A DNA stretch of 63,646 bases, filler included, from Octopus bimaculoides (lineage: Eukaryota): NCBI RefSeq assembly GCF_001194135.2. It is 4 parts of 3 records of this genome, joined end to end, with 100 filler letters (N's around TTAATTAATTAA, not from the genome) between each part and the next. Parts side by side here need not be neighbours in the genome. Positions count along the whole stretch, not along the records: positions 1 to 28,549 come from NC_068985.1; 3 more parts are not named here. One strand, given 5' to 3'. The number at the start of each line of letters is the position of its first letter. Position 1 is the first letter of the stretch. Both the position numbers and the translations under genes were made by a program. Below are positions 1 through 14,022 of this stretch, in pieces. Under the pieces are notes generated by a model. The model did no database searches. It was not told the origin of the DNA and saw only the letters and a list, made by a program, of their open reading frames with translations.

Positions 1-32
<32 letters not shown>

Positions 33-329
33 ATTATATATAAAAGGTGGAAGAACTCTTAAGAGTCAACGACCATCCAATTATTACATGTACACATGTA
101 TATAGTTGGCCGAATTGTGGTTGTGTGTGCCAGGTGCGTGTTTGCTGTGGTGAACTGTGGGTGAGTGTTGGGCGTCTGTATGTGTGTGTATATATATTTA
201 TTTACATTTTAATTCTTGAATATATGTGCGGATATTGCGTGTACGTGTATTCTTTTTTCTTTTTAATATTTTATATATATATATTTGTATTTTTACTTCT
301 TTTATTTTATTTGATTTGTGTGTTTTTGT

Positions 330-3300
330 GGATGTAGTTAAAGGGGTAGATGGAGCTCCTAAGTTTAATAAAGCCGTGGAGAAGGCGATCTGTCTAGGAG
401 AAGGTAACTCCGAATTCAAATCCTTTACTCCTGTCTTGCAGTTAGCCTTTAGTTGGGCAAAGACTGGGAGAAGGACACTCTGATATAAAACCACTGGAGA
501 GGTTAAACTCCGGGATAATAAAACATGCGACCTCCATAATGAGCCAGTCATCTTGCCTTGGTTTGTCACTGGATATCATATTTTGGGGGGAGGAGTGGAT
601 GCTGTACGTGTCATACAAGCGTGTGGCATTGATATTTAAATGTACAGATATCTCTTCAAGTCCCACGGCGATGGAATAGTGGTGACATGTGCAGGCTTAA
701 CGGGAGCGCATAGTTACGAATCGGCACGTGGGCGGCTCAAGGCCCATATAACGTCGCTGCATTGTTGAAAGAACAGCAGCATGCTTCGGTGAGGTCGAGA
801 GCGTCTGAGCAGCCCTCTCCAGGGTAGCACTGCTCACTCAGAAATCCGGAAAAGGTCTAGGAAATGTTACTCAAACAAATGCCTGTTCTACCATCAAGCT
901 GGTTAGCAACCTGAAGCTGACGGTTCTTCACTACAGCAGGAGGAATGCAAATAGAAAACATACAAACAAGAAATATAGATTATGGGTAGGTGTATGGAAT
1001 GTCAGGACATTTCTTGATCATAAAGGACATTTCTTGATCATAAAGGGTCAAGTAACCCTGAACGGCGAACTGGAATAATAGCCATGGAGTTGGCTCGGTA
1101 TAACATTGACACTGCTACACTCTCTGAAAGTGATGAAGACCAATTGACAGAAACAGGTGCTGGATACACTTTCTATTGAAAGGGTAAACCAAAGGGTGAA
1201 AAACGAGTAGGGGGTGTTGGATTTGCCATTCGTACCGAGCTAACCCACAAAATAGAACAGCCTAATGGTTTCAGTGATAGGATTATGTATCTTCGAGCTC
1301 CTCTATCATGCAATCGTTTTAGGACTCATTTCTGTTTATGTTCCTACTCTTGATAGCAGCAGTAAATCTATTATGGCTTTCTATGATGATTTCAGATTGG
1401 TTATTATTTCGATTCCAAACGCAGATAAGATCCTCCTTCTTGGCGATTTCAACGCCCGGGTTGGATGCGATTATGGGACCTGGGATGCACTAGGGAGACA
1501 TGGTTTGGGAAAAAAGGAACGTTAATGGTCTCCGTCTTCTTCAGCTCTACACTGAACTTGATCTTATCATCTGCAACACTGTTTTCATCAGGATATCCAT
1601 AAATCTACCTGGACGTACCCAAGATCCAAACACAGGCATATTCTCGATTACCTTATCACTAGGAAACGAGACCGTCCAGATGTTTGCACTGTCTGAGTCA
1701 TGTGTAGTGCAGAATGTGGGACTGACCATATGCTCAAACGCGATAAATTGAAACTCCGCATCATGCGTAGAATAAGATCTGGAGGAATAAAAGTCCCTAA
1801 ACGTATTGATGTGTTGACATTAAGAGACTCTAAGGTGCAGGCGAATCTTAGAAATGCTATTGGAGAAGCGGAATTTGATGGAACTTAGGCTCAGTTTAAG
1901 ACCACTATTTACAATGTTGGAGTTGAGGTTCTTGGTCTCAGAAACAGAAAACATCGGGACTGGTATGATGAAAATGATCTACAGATCAATAAACTTCTTG
2001 AAGATAAAAATAAGTTGCATAAAAAATGCCTCGGTGCCCCAGATGAGGATAGAAAGCCCTTACTGCAGTCTCTCAAAAGGATAAAATCATCACTCCAAAG
2101 AAAGATACGACAAATGAAAAACAAATGGTGGTCGGATATTTCTGAAAAAAATCCAGAAAGCGTATAATAGTAAAGACTTGAAAACAGTATATCACTTGAT
2201 CGAACATGTGTTTGGTCCTCAGTCTTCATTTGTGGTACCACTCAAGTCTAAAGACAGCTGCTTTCTCTTCAAGGATCATGAGGGTATCATGAAACGTTGT
2301 ATTGAGCACTTCACTGATCTCTTTTATAATCCTTCAGTTATTGATGAAGATGTCATCAGTAATCTACCCCAAAAGGATATCATTCATGAGATGATGGAAC
2401 ATCCAACTATAGATGAGATCAAAAAGACAATCAAAGGATTAAATACTGGGAGGGCACCAGGTTTTGACGGTATTCCTGTTGAAATTCTCCTCCACAGGGA
2501 TAATAGTTAAACAAGGTGATATTGCTGCTCCAACACTTTTTTCCATATATTTTGCTGTAACCATCTTGTACGCTTTCCAAGACTGTGACATCGGCGTCTA
2601 TATTCGCTTCAGAACCACAGCTAAGGTCTTTGATGTTAAACGCTTTAATGCAAAGTCGAAATCATTCCAGTCTCTTGTTCAAGAGCTCCTTTAAGCTGAT
2701 GATGTAGTTCTCGTTGCTCACACCGAGGAGGACATGCAGGCTATACTGGATCTCTTCTCTAGAGCTTGTATTGCTTTTGGACTTACCATCAGTCTAAAGA
2801 AAACAAAGATCACGTCCTCTCAGCTACCAAGCCAACCTTATTTGGAACCTAATATCTTCGTTCAGAGTAAAATTAGATGTGGCTGATTTGTTCATCTACC
2901 TTGGCAGGACTCTCTCTAGAGAAATAAATCTGAGATAATTCTGAAATAAATCTGAGAACTGAAAAGCCAGCAGAGCATTTGGAAGGCTTTGACATCGTGT
3001 GTGGTCTTATAGAAGTATCACCTTCAAAACCAAGCTTAGTATCTATGAATCCTGCATTTTAACGGTCCTCCTATACTCTTCTGAGACCTAGACGACATAT
3101 CGGCGCCACATCAAGGCTTTAGAAAGGCTCCATCAGACTTGCCTAAGGAGGATACTAAACATCAAATGGAAGTTTTTAACACCAGATACCGTTGTTCTTC
3201 AGCAAGCTAACTCATCCGGTATTGAAATGATCCTCATACGCAATCAAATGTGTTGAGTTAGGCATCTTGCTAGAATGCAGGATGACAGGTTGCCAAAGCA

Positions 3301-3512
3301 GTTGTTTTACGGGGAGTTGCAGCGTGGCAAACGTCCGAGACATAAACCCAAGAAACGTTTTAGGAATGCTGTCAGAAGCAACCTTAAGGCTCTTAATGTG
3401 AAAGTTGAAGACTGGGAGCATATGACGCAAGATCGATCGGTTTGGAAACAAATGATCTACAACAGATGTGAAGCATTTGAAGTTCGAAGAATTGACTATC
3501 ACGCGGTAAATT
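330..3512 (+). mobile_element. Decayed RTE-clade LINE (5'UTR, APE endonuclease, RT), internally deleted and 3'-truncated
   Basis: Fragments WNVRT..PERRTGIIAMELARYNID, GVGFAIRT, LLLGDFNARVG, GRAPGFDGIPVE, KQGDIAAPTLFSIYF, ADDVVL, MQDDRLPKQLFYGELQRGKR. Many stops and frameshifts. RT middle is missing at ~2504 (GIPVEILLH joins directly to VKQG). The 5'UTR has a duplicated CTRGGAGAAGG..ACTCYGA motif. Confidence 0.9.
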
Positions 3513-3725
3513 GAAATTAGTTTCCCGGTTGATTCGTATAGTTGAAATCTTGAATAATAAAAGAAACTTAAAATCACGGTTTTATAAAAATATAATAAAT
3601 TGGAATTTCTAAGAATTTTATAGATAGTATAGAGTCTAATAATTGCCTTCTTTTAGTAACAGTTACGTACCCTTAACTGATTAATAATCAGCTTTCTTTA
3701 ATATAATATATCTATCTTGAAAAGA

Positions 3726-3960
3726 AACTTTCATTGGATAATGTTCCGTTCATCTTCAATACATCTGTGAAGTGTGCAGTTTGAGTGATCTATCCTTAAA
3801 CCCTGATGAAGGGACTTTTAGGTCCCGAAATATTGGACAGATAAAAGAACAGTAACAACAATAAAAAAAAATACCAGGTAACTTACTTTTAATTTTCATT
3901 ACCTCATCTTAAAGTCTATTTTGCATTGTTTAGTCTTCTATCTCTTTCAACGTCACGTAG
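3726..3960 (+). mobile_element. Penelope-like pseudo-LTR fragment (copy B) with hammerhead motif and intron-like segment
   Basis: Hammerhead core followed by an A-rich stretch, then CAG|GTAACT...pyrimidine tract...TAG (3878-3960). Direct partial copy at 4703-4863. Confidence 0.55.
3801..3836 (+). ncRNA. Minimal type I hammerhead ribozyme motif (intact core)
   Basis: cc CTGATGA a GGGAC-ttttag-GTCCC GAAA TAT T gg: perfect 5-bp stem II, palindromic loopless stem III (AATATT), predicted AUU site at 3834. Stem I is only ~2 bp. Confidence 0.65.
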
Positions 3961-4702
3961 CTATATATTTGTGTGCATGTACGTATGTACATACTCGTAT
4001 AAACATTCAATTTTTTAATTTACATATGTGAAATTCATGACAGCAATGAAATAGATTGCATTAGTAATTTAATAGAGCAATATGATTATTAGGATTAACA
4101 GAATATCATGACTCAGAGAAAAATAAAATTCGGGACAACAGTGCGTATCTCACATTGTCTGGTTTCACAAAATCACTAACAAAGTTTATAAGAAAGAAAT
4201 AAAAAATTCCCCTACACTATTGCGGGCAGATTTAGGCTGGAAAACGTACACATTTTAAAAGGACTGCAATCAGTTGCATAGATTGGGTTAAGGTTAGGCG
4301 AGGGCACGGTTCGACCCAGGTGACATTTTTTAAGGGTGGCACTTTTGGGTGTAGTGTGTAAGCCTGTATAGTCTTGGGGGCTCAGGGAGCGACAAATTCA
4401 AGGGCTTCCACAGGCGGCACACACTCCAGCTATGACATTGCTTTTGAGCATCTTTTCAAGATAGATATATTATATTAAAGAAAGCTGATTATTAATCAGT
4501 TAAAGGTACGTAACTGTTACTAAAAGAAAGCAATTATTAGACTCTATACTATCTATAAAATTCTTAGAAATTCCAATTTATTATATTTTTATAAAACCGT
4601 GATTTTAAGTTTCTTTTATTATTCAAGATTTCAACTACACGAATCAATCGGGAAACTAATTTCAATTTACAGCGTGATAGTCAATTCTTCGAACTTCAAA
4701 CG

Positions 4703-4736
4703 CTGATGAAGGGACTTTTAGGTCCCGAAATATTGG
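4703..4736 (+). ncRNA. Second copy of the same hammerhead motif, 900 nt downstream
   Basis: Core identical to 3803-3836. The 5' strand of stem I is replaced by the inverted segment. Confidence 0.6.
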
Positions 4737-5201
4737 ACAAATAAAAGAACAACAGCAACAACAATAAAAAAAAACAAAGATTACCAGGTAACTTACTTTT
4801 AATTTTCGTTACCTCATGTTACCGTCCGTTTTGCATTGTTTAGCCTTCTATCTCTCTCAACGTTAGATATCATATACAATGCTTCAAGGAAACTATAACA
4901 TTCTATTATGTAGCTACATATTTATATGTTTTAACCAGATCTTCATACTTTTCCCATTGCTTTTCCAAATTTGGCAGTGTTCTTGTTATGTCGTCAATCT
5001 ATCAGTTGCTCTCTTACTAATACTTTCTTGCCCTTGTTGCCTTCCGCTCTCTTTCTTTATTATTCACTGTTTTTCTCCCTTTTTTTTTCACAAGTCCGGT
5101 TATTTATTAATACCAGTAAACATGAATCATCGCTCTGTTGGAGAGCCACCACTAGATTTCTCTTTCTGATGGTAAACTATTTTAATCCTTTTTGTAAACT
5201 G

Positions 5202-5206
<5 letters not shown>

Positions 5207-5251
<45 letters not shown>

Positions 5252-5352
5252 NNNNNNNNNNTGTGTGTGTGTGTGTGTGTGTGTATGTGTGTGTGTGTGT
5301 GCGTGCGCGTGCGTGTGTGCGTGCGTGTGTGTGTGTATGTGTGTGTGTGTGT
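5207..5352. repeat. (GT)n microsatellite, one of dozens of simple repeats ((TATG)n 7950-8090, (ATT)n 10685-10800, (GA)n 11047-11180, (ATCT)(GTCT)n 13381-13480, (CA)n 31910-32000, (CAY)n 39845-40035, CT-rich 53090-53880, (AT)n 57700-58085, (GAAA)n 62010-62450)
   Basis: Directly visible; these account for most ORFs in the track. Confidence 0.95.
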
Positions 5353-8300
5353 AAGAGATGGCAATGTGGAAGCGTACCAGGGCAAATGGCAAGTACATAA
5401 GAACCAGAGGTGGTGTATCTATACCGAGAAAAATAATGAATCTTCAATTTTACGAATTGATAAGTATGCACGCGATTACAGGAAGTAGCATTCATTAAAA
5501 TGTTATAATGCATTACTTCACACGAGATTTATAAATGTGTTGAAATACCAAAGACACCGTAGAGTATAATGTTTCAAATTTAATGAGACATGTTACCGTG
5601 TGACGTAAGAAATTTGGTTTTACTTTATTTCATTGTGTTCGAAGAAGAGATTGATGATGTGTAAGTCTTAATTTGCAAGATTTTATTCGTAAAGCTAACC
5701 AGTAAATGTTCTTGGCGATATACGTATAACACAAAGCTTTCAATGAGTAATTTCTCAAAAAGTGGATCTCTTTTATTATCGACATAGGATTTAAGGAATT
5801 CTAAAATAGATAAATTATAAAATTTGAATATCAAAGTATTATCTGATTGTAAATAAATTCAAAAGACAAGGATTTGAAGCTTCATGTGGTGTCAATTCAA
5901 AAGAAGTTTTGCATTGCCAGGACTGGCTTTCTCAATCATTAGCGCCATCAACATGGAGAAACAATTCAATCGGGAAATTGAAATTCTTGAACACTAGAAA
6001 CAACAGATGACGGGTTTTTTTCGAGTTCATAATCTTTAAATCTCGATACTTCTTTTTAAGACTGAATGTAAAGATCGAATCAGTCTGTAGAATACTCCAA
6101 TGTTAAGTATCTGTAACATGCTCGGGTTTTTCAGGGTTGGAAAATGTGCCGTGTTATGTTTTTCCCAGTTGACTTAAGAACAATTGCAGCATTGGGAAAG
6201 GAGTTAATTACCCAAAATTATTAAAACAGGATTAGTCAGTTTCCCCTCTCCAAATAAGAAATTTGAATTACATATTTAAGGCTCGCTACATTAAATATGT
6301 TAACACTAATTTATCTATTGGTATTCAACTGGATGGAGGCACTGAGTAATTAATCTCAAAGAGCCGGGTAGATATCTGCCAAACACAATCTGTCCTGGTG
6401 ATGACACTTGGAAGTAATTTTTGTTTAAAGTATCGGCTTCTTTGGTTATTGAATGATATGCAATGCATAGTTGTCACTAGCATCACACATATTCATATAC
6501 GGGTAGCTTCAGCATAGACTGGAAAAGAAGCAATTTCACGTTATCCAGTCATGTCTGAATCTTCGATGATGATCGCATTGACAATTTCAATATCTTCTGC
6601 TTGTGTGTTGTGCGCGCGCGCGCGCGCGTGTGTGTGTGTGTGTATGTGTGCTGAGAGAGAGGGGGAATAAAACAAAACATGATTATTAATTACATGATAT
6701 TAATTGCTTAATAAAAGTATTGTATATTGTCAAATCCTCAGAGATTTGCAACTTTTGTACGGAACACTACTGTCTTATAGAAATGTTTGCAGAGGCAACA
6801 GTCGTGTGTATAGCGAGCATCGTTGTCAACATGTTTTACTTTGAAGTAGTTGTATACTGTCAACTTAATGTGACAGCCCCATGAAGGGAATAATACTACT
6901 ATTGGTTACACCTAGGAAGCTGCACCGCTTCCTGTCGGCCTTGACACATTTACTGTGTCCTTATGTTTACATAGGCTAGTTAAGATACATTTGGGACATA
7001 TATCAACTACTAATGGCAAATCCACTGCAGTTACAGCGGAGAAAACATTCTTCCTTATGGTTAAAATTGTAAAAACACCATATCTGCCAGTATCACCACT
7101 GTCGGATCCCTAGACGCAACGTTTCTTACTTTTCAACCGTTTTCAGTGGGAAACATCGGAGAGAGGTAACTGGGAAGATTTAAAGCCGTAGCTTTATCTA
7201 AAGCACAGTTAACAACATTGACTGAGATGCACTATTAGACCGCCAGCTCGGAAGAAATTCAGCAGTATCAGTGCCATACATTACCACACATATATATATA
7301 CATATATGCATATTCATAAATATATATTAATGTATATACAAATATATGTGTAAATATATGTACATACAAATATATACATAAATATATACGCACAAACATA
7401 CAAATATATGCATATATGCGTAGTACATACATACACACACACTCATATGTGTACAGAAATGGTTATATTTACATATATACAGTTAAGATGTAAACGAAAT
7501 ACATTTTTCAATGGATTGTTGTTTGATGAAATAAAAATAAAAACGATGAAATAAAACGAATACGTCTCCAGAATAATCCAGTTTATTAAAATGAAGCGAT
7601 TCTGTTAATCTGATAACTAAATAAAAAACAAACAAAAAATAAAGGAGATAAGTTTATTTACTTTAAAAGTTTTGCGTCGATGTGTCTGCTCTTTTGACAT
7701 TATACGTAACTGAAAATGGTTAATAGTTTATTAAACGCGTTCACACTTGTTATTTACGTCGATTTCTAATGCGCCAAATGTTTTAAGTTAAAACACGTTC
7801 ACATTGGATAATTTTCTTTCTTTTCAAAATTTTTAAAGAGACTCTATAGACATACACATACACACCTGCACACCCACATAAGTGAGTGTGTATATATGTG
7901 CATGTATATACATGCAAATAAATCCACAAAAATCATACACACACACACACATGTATGTATGTATGTATGTATGTATGTGCGTATGTATGTATGTATGTAT
8001 GTATGTATGTATGTATGCATGCATGCATGTATGTATGTATGTATGCATGTATGTATGCATGTATGTGCATATGTATGTATGTATGTATATGCACATATAT
8101 ATTTAAACTCACACACGCTCTATTTTCTGGCACCCTGGTGTTTGGATAGCTTAAAATTATATATGAATTTTGTCAACGTTATTTCAAAATTTGAGGTTGC
8201 CAGATCTAAAAGCCTAAGTGAAACACAGTAGCCTCTCTAAAAATAAAACCCCAAAGAATGGAAACGGTGGTTGGAGGAAATAAAAGAAATAAAAATTATT

Positions 8301-8663
8301 CTAATTGGTTACTGAACCAACTCTTGTCCAAAATCTTATGCACTTTTCAAAGTTTGTTACACAATACAAAAATATAGACGTTTTATTTTGTCATTTTTCA
8401 CCAAAGGCAATCTTTCAAATATTTATTTTGGTTCGGTTCATATAAATATATATATGTTTTTTTTTTCAAGTTCTCAACTTTTTTCTACAATTTTAGCTTT
8501 CTTCTTACAGGTGTTAGATTTAAATGTAAATGTAAATGTAACAATGAAGAATGCGAAGTTCTTGAATTCCAGCACTAGCAATCATTTCCCTTTTGAAAAC
8601 GGTATTTTAACAAGTACGAAAAGCGAAAAGAATCTATATCGCAATCTCCAATTCAAGTCCGTA

Positions 8664-8707
<44 letters not shown>

Positions 8708-8915
8708 CGTGTGTATTTATATATATNNNNNNNNNNNNNNNNNNNNNNNNNNNNNNNNNNNNNNNNNNNNNNNNNNNNNNNNNNNNNNNNNNNNNNNNNN
8801 NNNNNNNNNNNNNNNNNNNNNNNNNNNNNNNNNNNNNNNNNNNNNNNNNNNNNNNNNNNNNNNNNNNNNNNNNNNNNNNNNNNNNNNNNNNNNNNNNNNN
8901 NNNNNNNNNNNNNNN

Positions 8916-8958
<43 letters not shown>

Positions 8959-10721
8959 ATATATATATGTATATATATATGTATATATATACATACACAC
9001 GGACATAAATCGAAAGAAAGCTTAACATAAATAGTAGATTATAAAAATTAATTCTACATACCAAATATAGAATATATTTTTATCGAAATTAGTTTTTTAC
9101 CCTTGTCTTTAGTTTTAAGGGTTCGAAAATACCATCAAAAGAGAAGCGTTGCTACGTATTGGAATTCCAACGCAATGAGAGTTGTGATGTCGCAATTCTC
9201 TGAACTCTTAAAGTAACGATGGGGAAAATATTACATATCAATTATTTGGATAAACAAAATTGGATAAGCGGCATTATTGTACCTATATTACAAAATTACA
9301 CAGTTTATATACATTGGTATTTGTGTTCCAGCAATGATAACATGGTGATAGTAATAATAAGAAGAACAAGAACAATGATAATGAAAACAATGTTGATAAT
9401 AACAATGATAAACATTATTAATTTTAATTGTAACTTCGACACAATTGACCCCCATACTTGTCTACGGAAAGATGGAAAGCAAAGTTGATGTTACTTATTA
9501 TAAAGTTTTCTAACATTGAAATAAGAACAGATTTCATTGATGTGTGCGGTCGATTTAAACGCTCTCCTTTACATAACTGGTATCATCTCCAGAAAAATAA
9601 AGAGCAAGGTCGATCTCAGCAAAATTTGTAATCAGAATATAAATAGATCCACCTAAATATCCTAGAATATGTTGTCGGAAGTTCTAACGTTAGCGCTAAT
9701 CCATTGTCTAAATAACAATGCAAAATAATGGGGTTTTTTTTTAACATAGGTAAATTGATTCGAATTCCGTCGGAGGAGTAGATTCGATTTGATCGAACCC
9801 AATTCTTGTCTATTTCTTATTTTATCGATCATTGCAAGGATGAAAGCAGAAGTAGAGCTCCATGAAATTTAATAATAATGACTATTATACAATATTTATA
9901 AAGATAGAGCACCCGAACTATGGATCACATTGATAAATACACACATACACACACACACATCGAGATAGAATGATACATTGATATTCATGCTTATCTTAGA
10001 TATTTGAAATGCGCACGTGTGTGTGTGTGTATGTGTGTATACACACCACAGCACATACATACACTCACTCATGCTTCTGCGATTTCTCTTCCGAGCAACA
10101 AATCATACTAATTGATGTTTTAATCGACCCAACATCAAGGAAAATATAACAGAGACTCGACGGACTAACATATCTGTATGCGTAAATCATTTCATTAATA
10201 AAATGAAAGCATGGCAGTTTGAAAAGCTAATTCAGCAATAAACCACTCGTGACGGTCTTTATCGATGCTAATTATTATTTCTTTTTAAATTGCTATGATG
10301 AAAGTAACTGAAAGAACAACAGTATAAAAAAAGTCAAATTGAAAAAATCGCTATATTACTTATTTAAATAACAAAAATATGAATTTATTAATAACCATAC
10401 CTAGCAATACCTAGCAATATACCTGTTAAAATTAAACCTGTTATTTAGCAATATATATATTTGATAATTATGAAGGTACTAAAACATGCGAATAATAACG
10501 AAATCACCAGCTGGATAATTTCTACATGCTGTTGTTCAGAAAGTTTGCTTAAATATGGGAAATAACTTATTGTTGAAGAAGCGATCATTATTATTATAAT
10601 TACTTGCTCTGGTTAATTCTGTGATAGCGGACAGCAACCTGTTGTCAAAGGTCTCACAGGGTCTCTCAAAATCGCAAGGTCTCATTATTATCATCATCAT
10701 CATCATTATTAATATTATTAC

Positions 10722-10761
<40 letters not shown>

Positions 10762-11045
10762 GTTATTGTTATTATTATTATTATTATTATTAGTATTATC
10801 GTGGTTATTGTACAAAAACTAATGGCTTTATAGATAAAGTTCTTAATATAATTACCATTTTAATTGTTATAATTATTTTAATAATAGTCATTATTATGAT
10901 TATATATGTTATTTTAATTATATTATTGGGGTAATTATTTACTAATAACACTATTCGTGAAGGGTAATGGTGGTATCTTAATTGTAATTATCTTGTATAC
11001 TCGTATATATCTTGGTATTTATTGCTAATTATCCTATATATATAC

Positions 11046-11120
<75 letters not shown>

Positions 11121-13381
11121 AGGAGGGGACAGAAAGTGAGTGAGTGAAAGAGGAGACAGAGAGTGAGAAAGAGAGAGAGAAAGCTGTTCTCGAAATTTTA
11201 TAAATATGTGCGAGAGAGAGTGTGCATATATATACAAGCATGTATACACGCGTACACACACACACATATATAACTATATATGCTTGTATGTATGCCTGTT
11301 TGTATGTATGCATGTATGTATGTGTGTATGTATGCATGTATGTATGATGTATGTATATAAATAAATGTATCCACACGCATATATATATATAGTTTCGAGA
11401 ACAAAGAAAATGTCTGAACGTGTATTTCCATTTATTATTAGACGAAGAAAATGCTTCACATTTCAGCAGAAATTATCTAAGATACTAATATTGCTTATAT
11501 TTTCATATCTATTTGCTAGTCGGTTTTTTTCTTCAAACTTTTCTGGGAATATAGGATGGACGGAAGGTAACTCAAAACTTTGTCTTCATATAATAAGATT
11601 ACTATTTGTTTCAACTCTATTTTAGTTTGACTTGTCATTAAGACAAAGTAAATAAAATATAACTAGTTAAAAAGAAATCTGGCATGTTGTTTGGTTCATA
11701 GGATATACTTTAAAAAGAAAAAGAAACTCCAAAACAACTAAAATAATGCAACAGTAAATAAAAGATAAAATTCGACTGTCAGGTTTGTCGTCAGAAATAA
11801 TTATGTTAATTAAACTGTTTTGGAAGTTATTTGAGATTTTATCTGATGATGCACTTAATGACAATTAATTGGAAAAAAAATCTTGCAATTTCGCTTAGTT
11901 AACTGCAGAAAATAGAACAAGACTTGACTATACATATCTTTACAGAGGAAATTAGAAAAGTCAACAGCAAGAACCAAACGGGACTAAACTGAGTCATAGA
12001 GTTACACAAACACTTGCGCGCGTACACACACACATACACAATTTATATATATAAATATATATATAATATACATATGTAATTTGTGTATGTGTGTGTGTAT
12101 GTGTGTGTGTCTGTGTGTGTGCATTAGAACTGAGGTTTATACCATTGTTCGAGTTTCACATTCTGTGATCTTTCGTGCAGACTGAGACTCGGATAGAGGA
12201 CAGAACGTTCCAGATTTTACTTAAGTTCTAAATAATAAATAAGTCAAATAATCAAGTAATTTTTTCTTGGCCCCTTATTCAGTCATGGTTGATTTTATTT
12301 CTATTTAATTAGAAAATCCCACAGGGCTTTTGGCTTGTAGCTAAAATAAAAGAATCTTGTTCCAGATTATAACTGTCTCTCAAATAAAACGTTTCAAGTT
12401 CGTAAACATTTAACCGTTGCTCAAAAGATAATTATTGTGCCTACAATGTTATTAACCAAATCTACCAATGTTAAAGCTACCCTCGTGTTTAGTTGTTAAA
12501 AATAACAGTGAGATTAATAGGTAACCATTATTATAAAGCTGGTGAACACAAAATATTTTTAAAAAACAAAGGAGTGCACTATGATTATATGATGTATATT
12601 CACAATGATAAAGGGAAAGAGTGTGTGAAAGGTGTATAAGTTATTACTTTCATTTTTAAGTTAACATTCTGTTCGATAAAATATGATAATTTCCTTTGAA
12701 TTTTAATTTACATTCGACTCTTGCTCCGTATAAAAGGAAACAAAACCAATTAGTTTGTTTTGTTATATTCGTATCTTTCTCAGTCATATTCTGTATACTG
12801 ATGGTCTTTTTTTTTTCATTTTAAAACAAAGGCGTTAAAGCTCTGTAAATCACAACTCTACGTTCGGTGTTGGATCAAACTTCTTTTGTTTTGTTTTTAA
12901 TCAGTGCGTAATCAATTTTTTCATTGTATTCGCAACTAAATGTCAAAGCTTGTAAATATTTATGAAGTCGCTTTCTCGAAGTCATGGTTATTACATATCA
13001 TACTACTTACCATAGATTCATGCAGAGTTAGTTATTTCACCCAAGTCAGTAATCAAAATGATAATATACTCAACATACAGAAAAATAGTTATTAAACGTG
13101 TATATAAAAAGAATAGAAATATAACAAATAAAACAACAGTTTTTTCTTTTCCTCTTTTTGTGTTTCGTTTTTGAATTTTTTTTTTATTATTTCAACGTGA
13201 GCGGCGTCGGACACCAACCTCATATCTTAACTTGCCAGCTTCAAGTCAACTCTCTTCTTTCTTTGCTGTTGTGTTGAATGGTACCTTCCTCAGAAAGCTG
13301 CGATCATATGAAAAATCTTCTTTACTGCTGGGGGATTATAACCTGAAAAGATATCCAACCATTTTAGCAGTATGAATTCTA

Positions 13382-13478
<97 letters not shown>

Positions 13479-13611
13479 GACTATTTATATAAGAGAGAGA
13501 GAGAGAAAGAGAGGCAGAGAGAAAAGGAGGAGAGGCTACTATCGACCAGCACAGATACGCGCGCACACACTCAAATATAGCCAGTAAGTGTTCAGTTTAT
13601 GCAAAAAATAT

Positions 13612-13764
13612 CAAAATTTGGCTTCAAATTCCGTCGAGGCCGACTTTGCCTTTCACTCTTTTGAGGTCGGTGACATAAGTACCAGTTGAGCACTGGGATC
13701 GATGTAATCGATTAGTTGTCTCCTACAATATGTCAGGCCTTCTGACTATAGTGGAAATGATTAT
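13612..13764 (+). mobile_element. SINE family B fragment (core GGTCGACTTTGCCTTTCATCC...ATAAGTACCAG...TCGATGTAATCGA)
   Basis: Matches the other family-B copies in this window (22141, 39190, 40903, 58560). Confidence 0.75.
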
Positions 13765-14022
13765 GACTTGGTATAAAAGCATTCAGTTTCATTGACAAGA
13801 CAAAATAAGGCATTTGAAAAAATTTTTATATTAATTTTTACATTATGTTTTTTATTTTCAATATTTTTTATTTATGTGTTTCAGCCAAGTGGCTGCGGTC
13901 ATGCTGGTGCACCACCGTGAGAATATGTATATTTATCTATTATTCTGTTTACGAAAAATTCTAAATAACAATATAAAATTTTAAGACAAGCGTGTTTGTT
14001 ATCAAAAGTAATGTTCGACCCG

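Larger units (their letters stand above)
3473..4702. repeat. ~250-bp inverted repeat (3473-3725 vs 4451-4702) with a 725-bp spacer
   Basis: Manual alignment gives 6 substitutions and 1 indel over ~252 nt. The arm includes the last ~40 nt of the RTE fragment. Confidence 0.95.

Noticed and set aside
660-870. Possible HDV-like ribozyme in the RTE 5'UTR
   Set aside because: Partial pairings exist (CCCACG/CGTGGG; GAGCAG/CTGCTC), but I could not build the nested double pseudoknot or a valid L3.
5900-7270. Possible hAT/ZMYM1-like transposase fossil on the minus strand (FPTLK..., SRLN..LMALMIEK)
   Set aside because: Needs many frame switches, no TIRs, and the similarity is too weak without a profile search.
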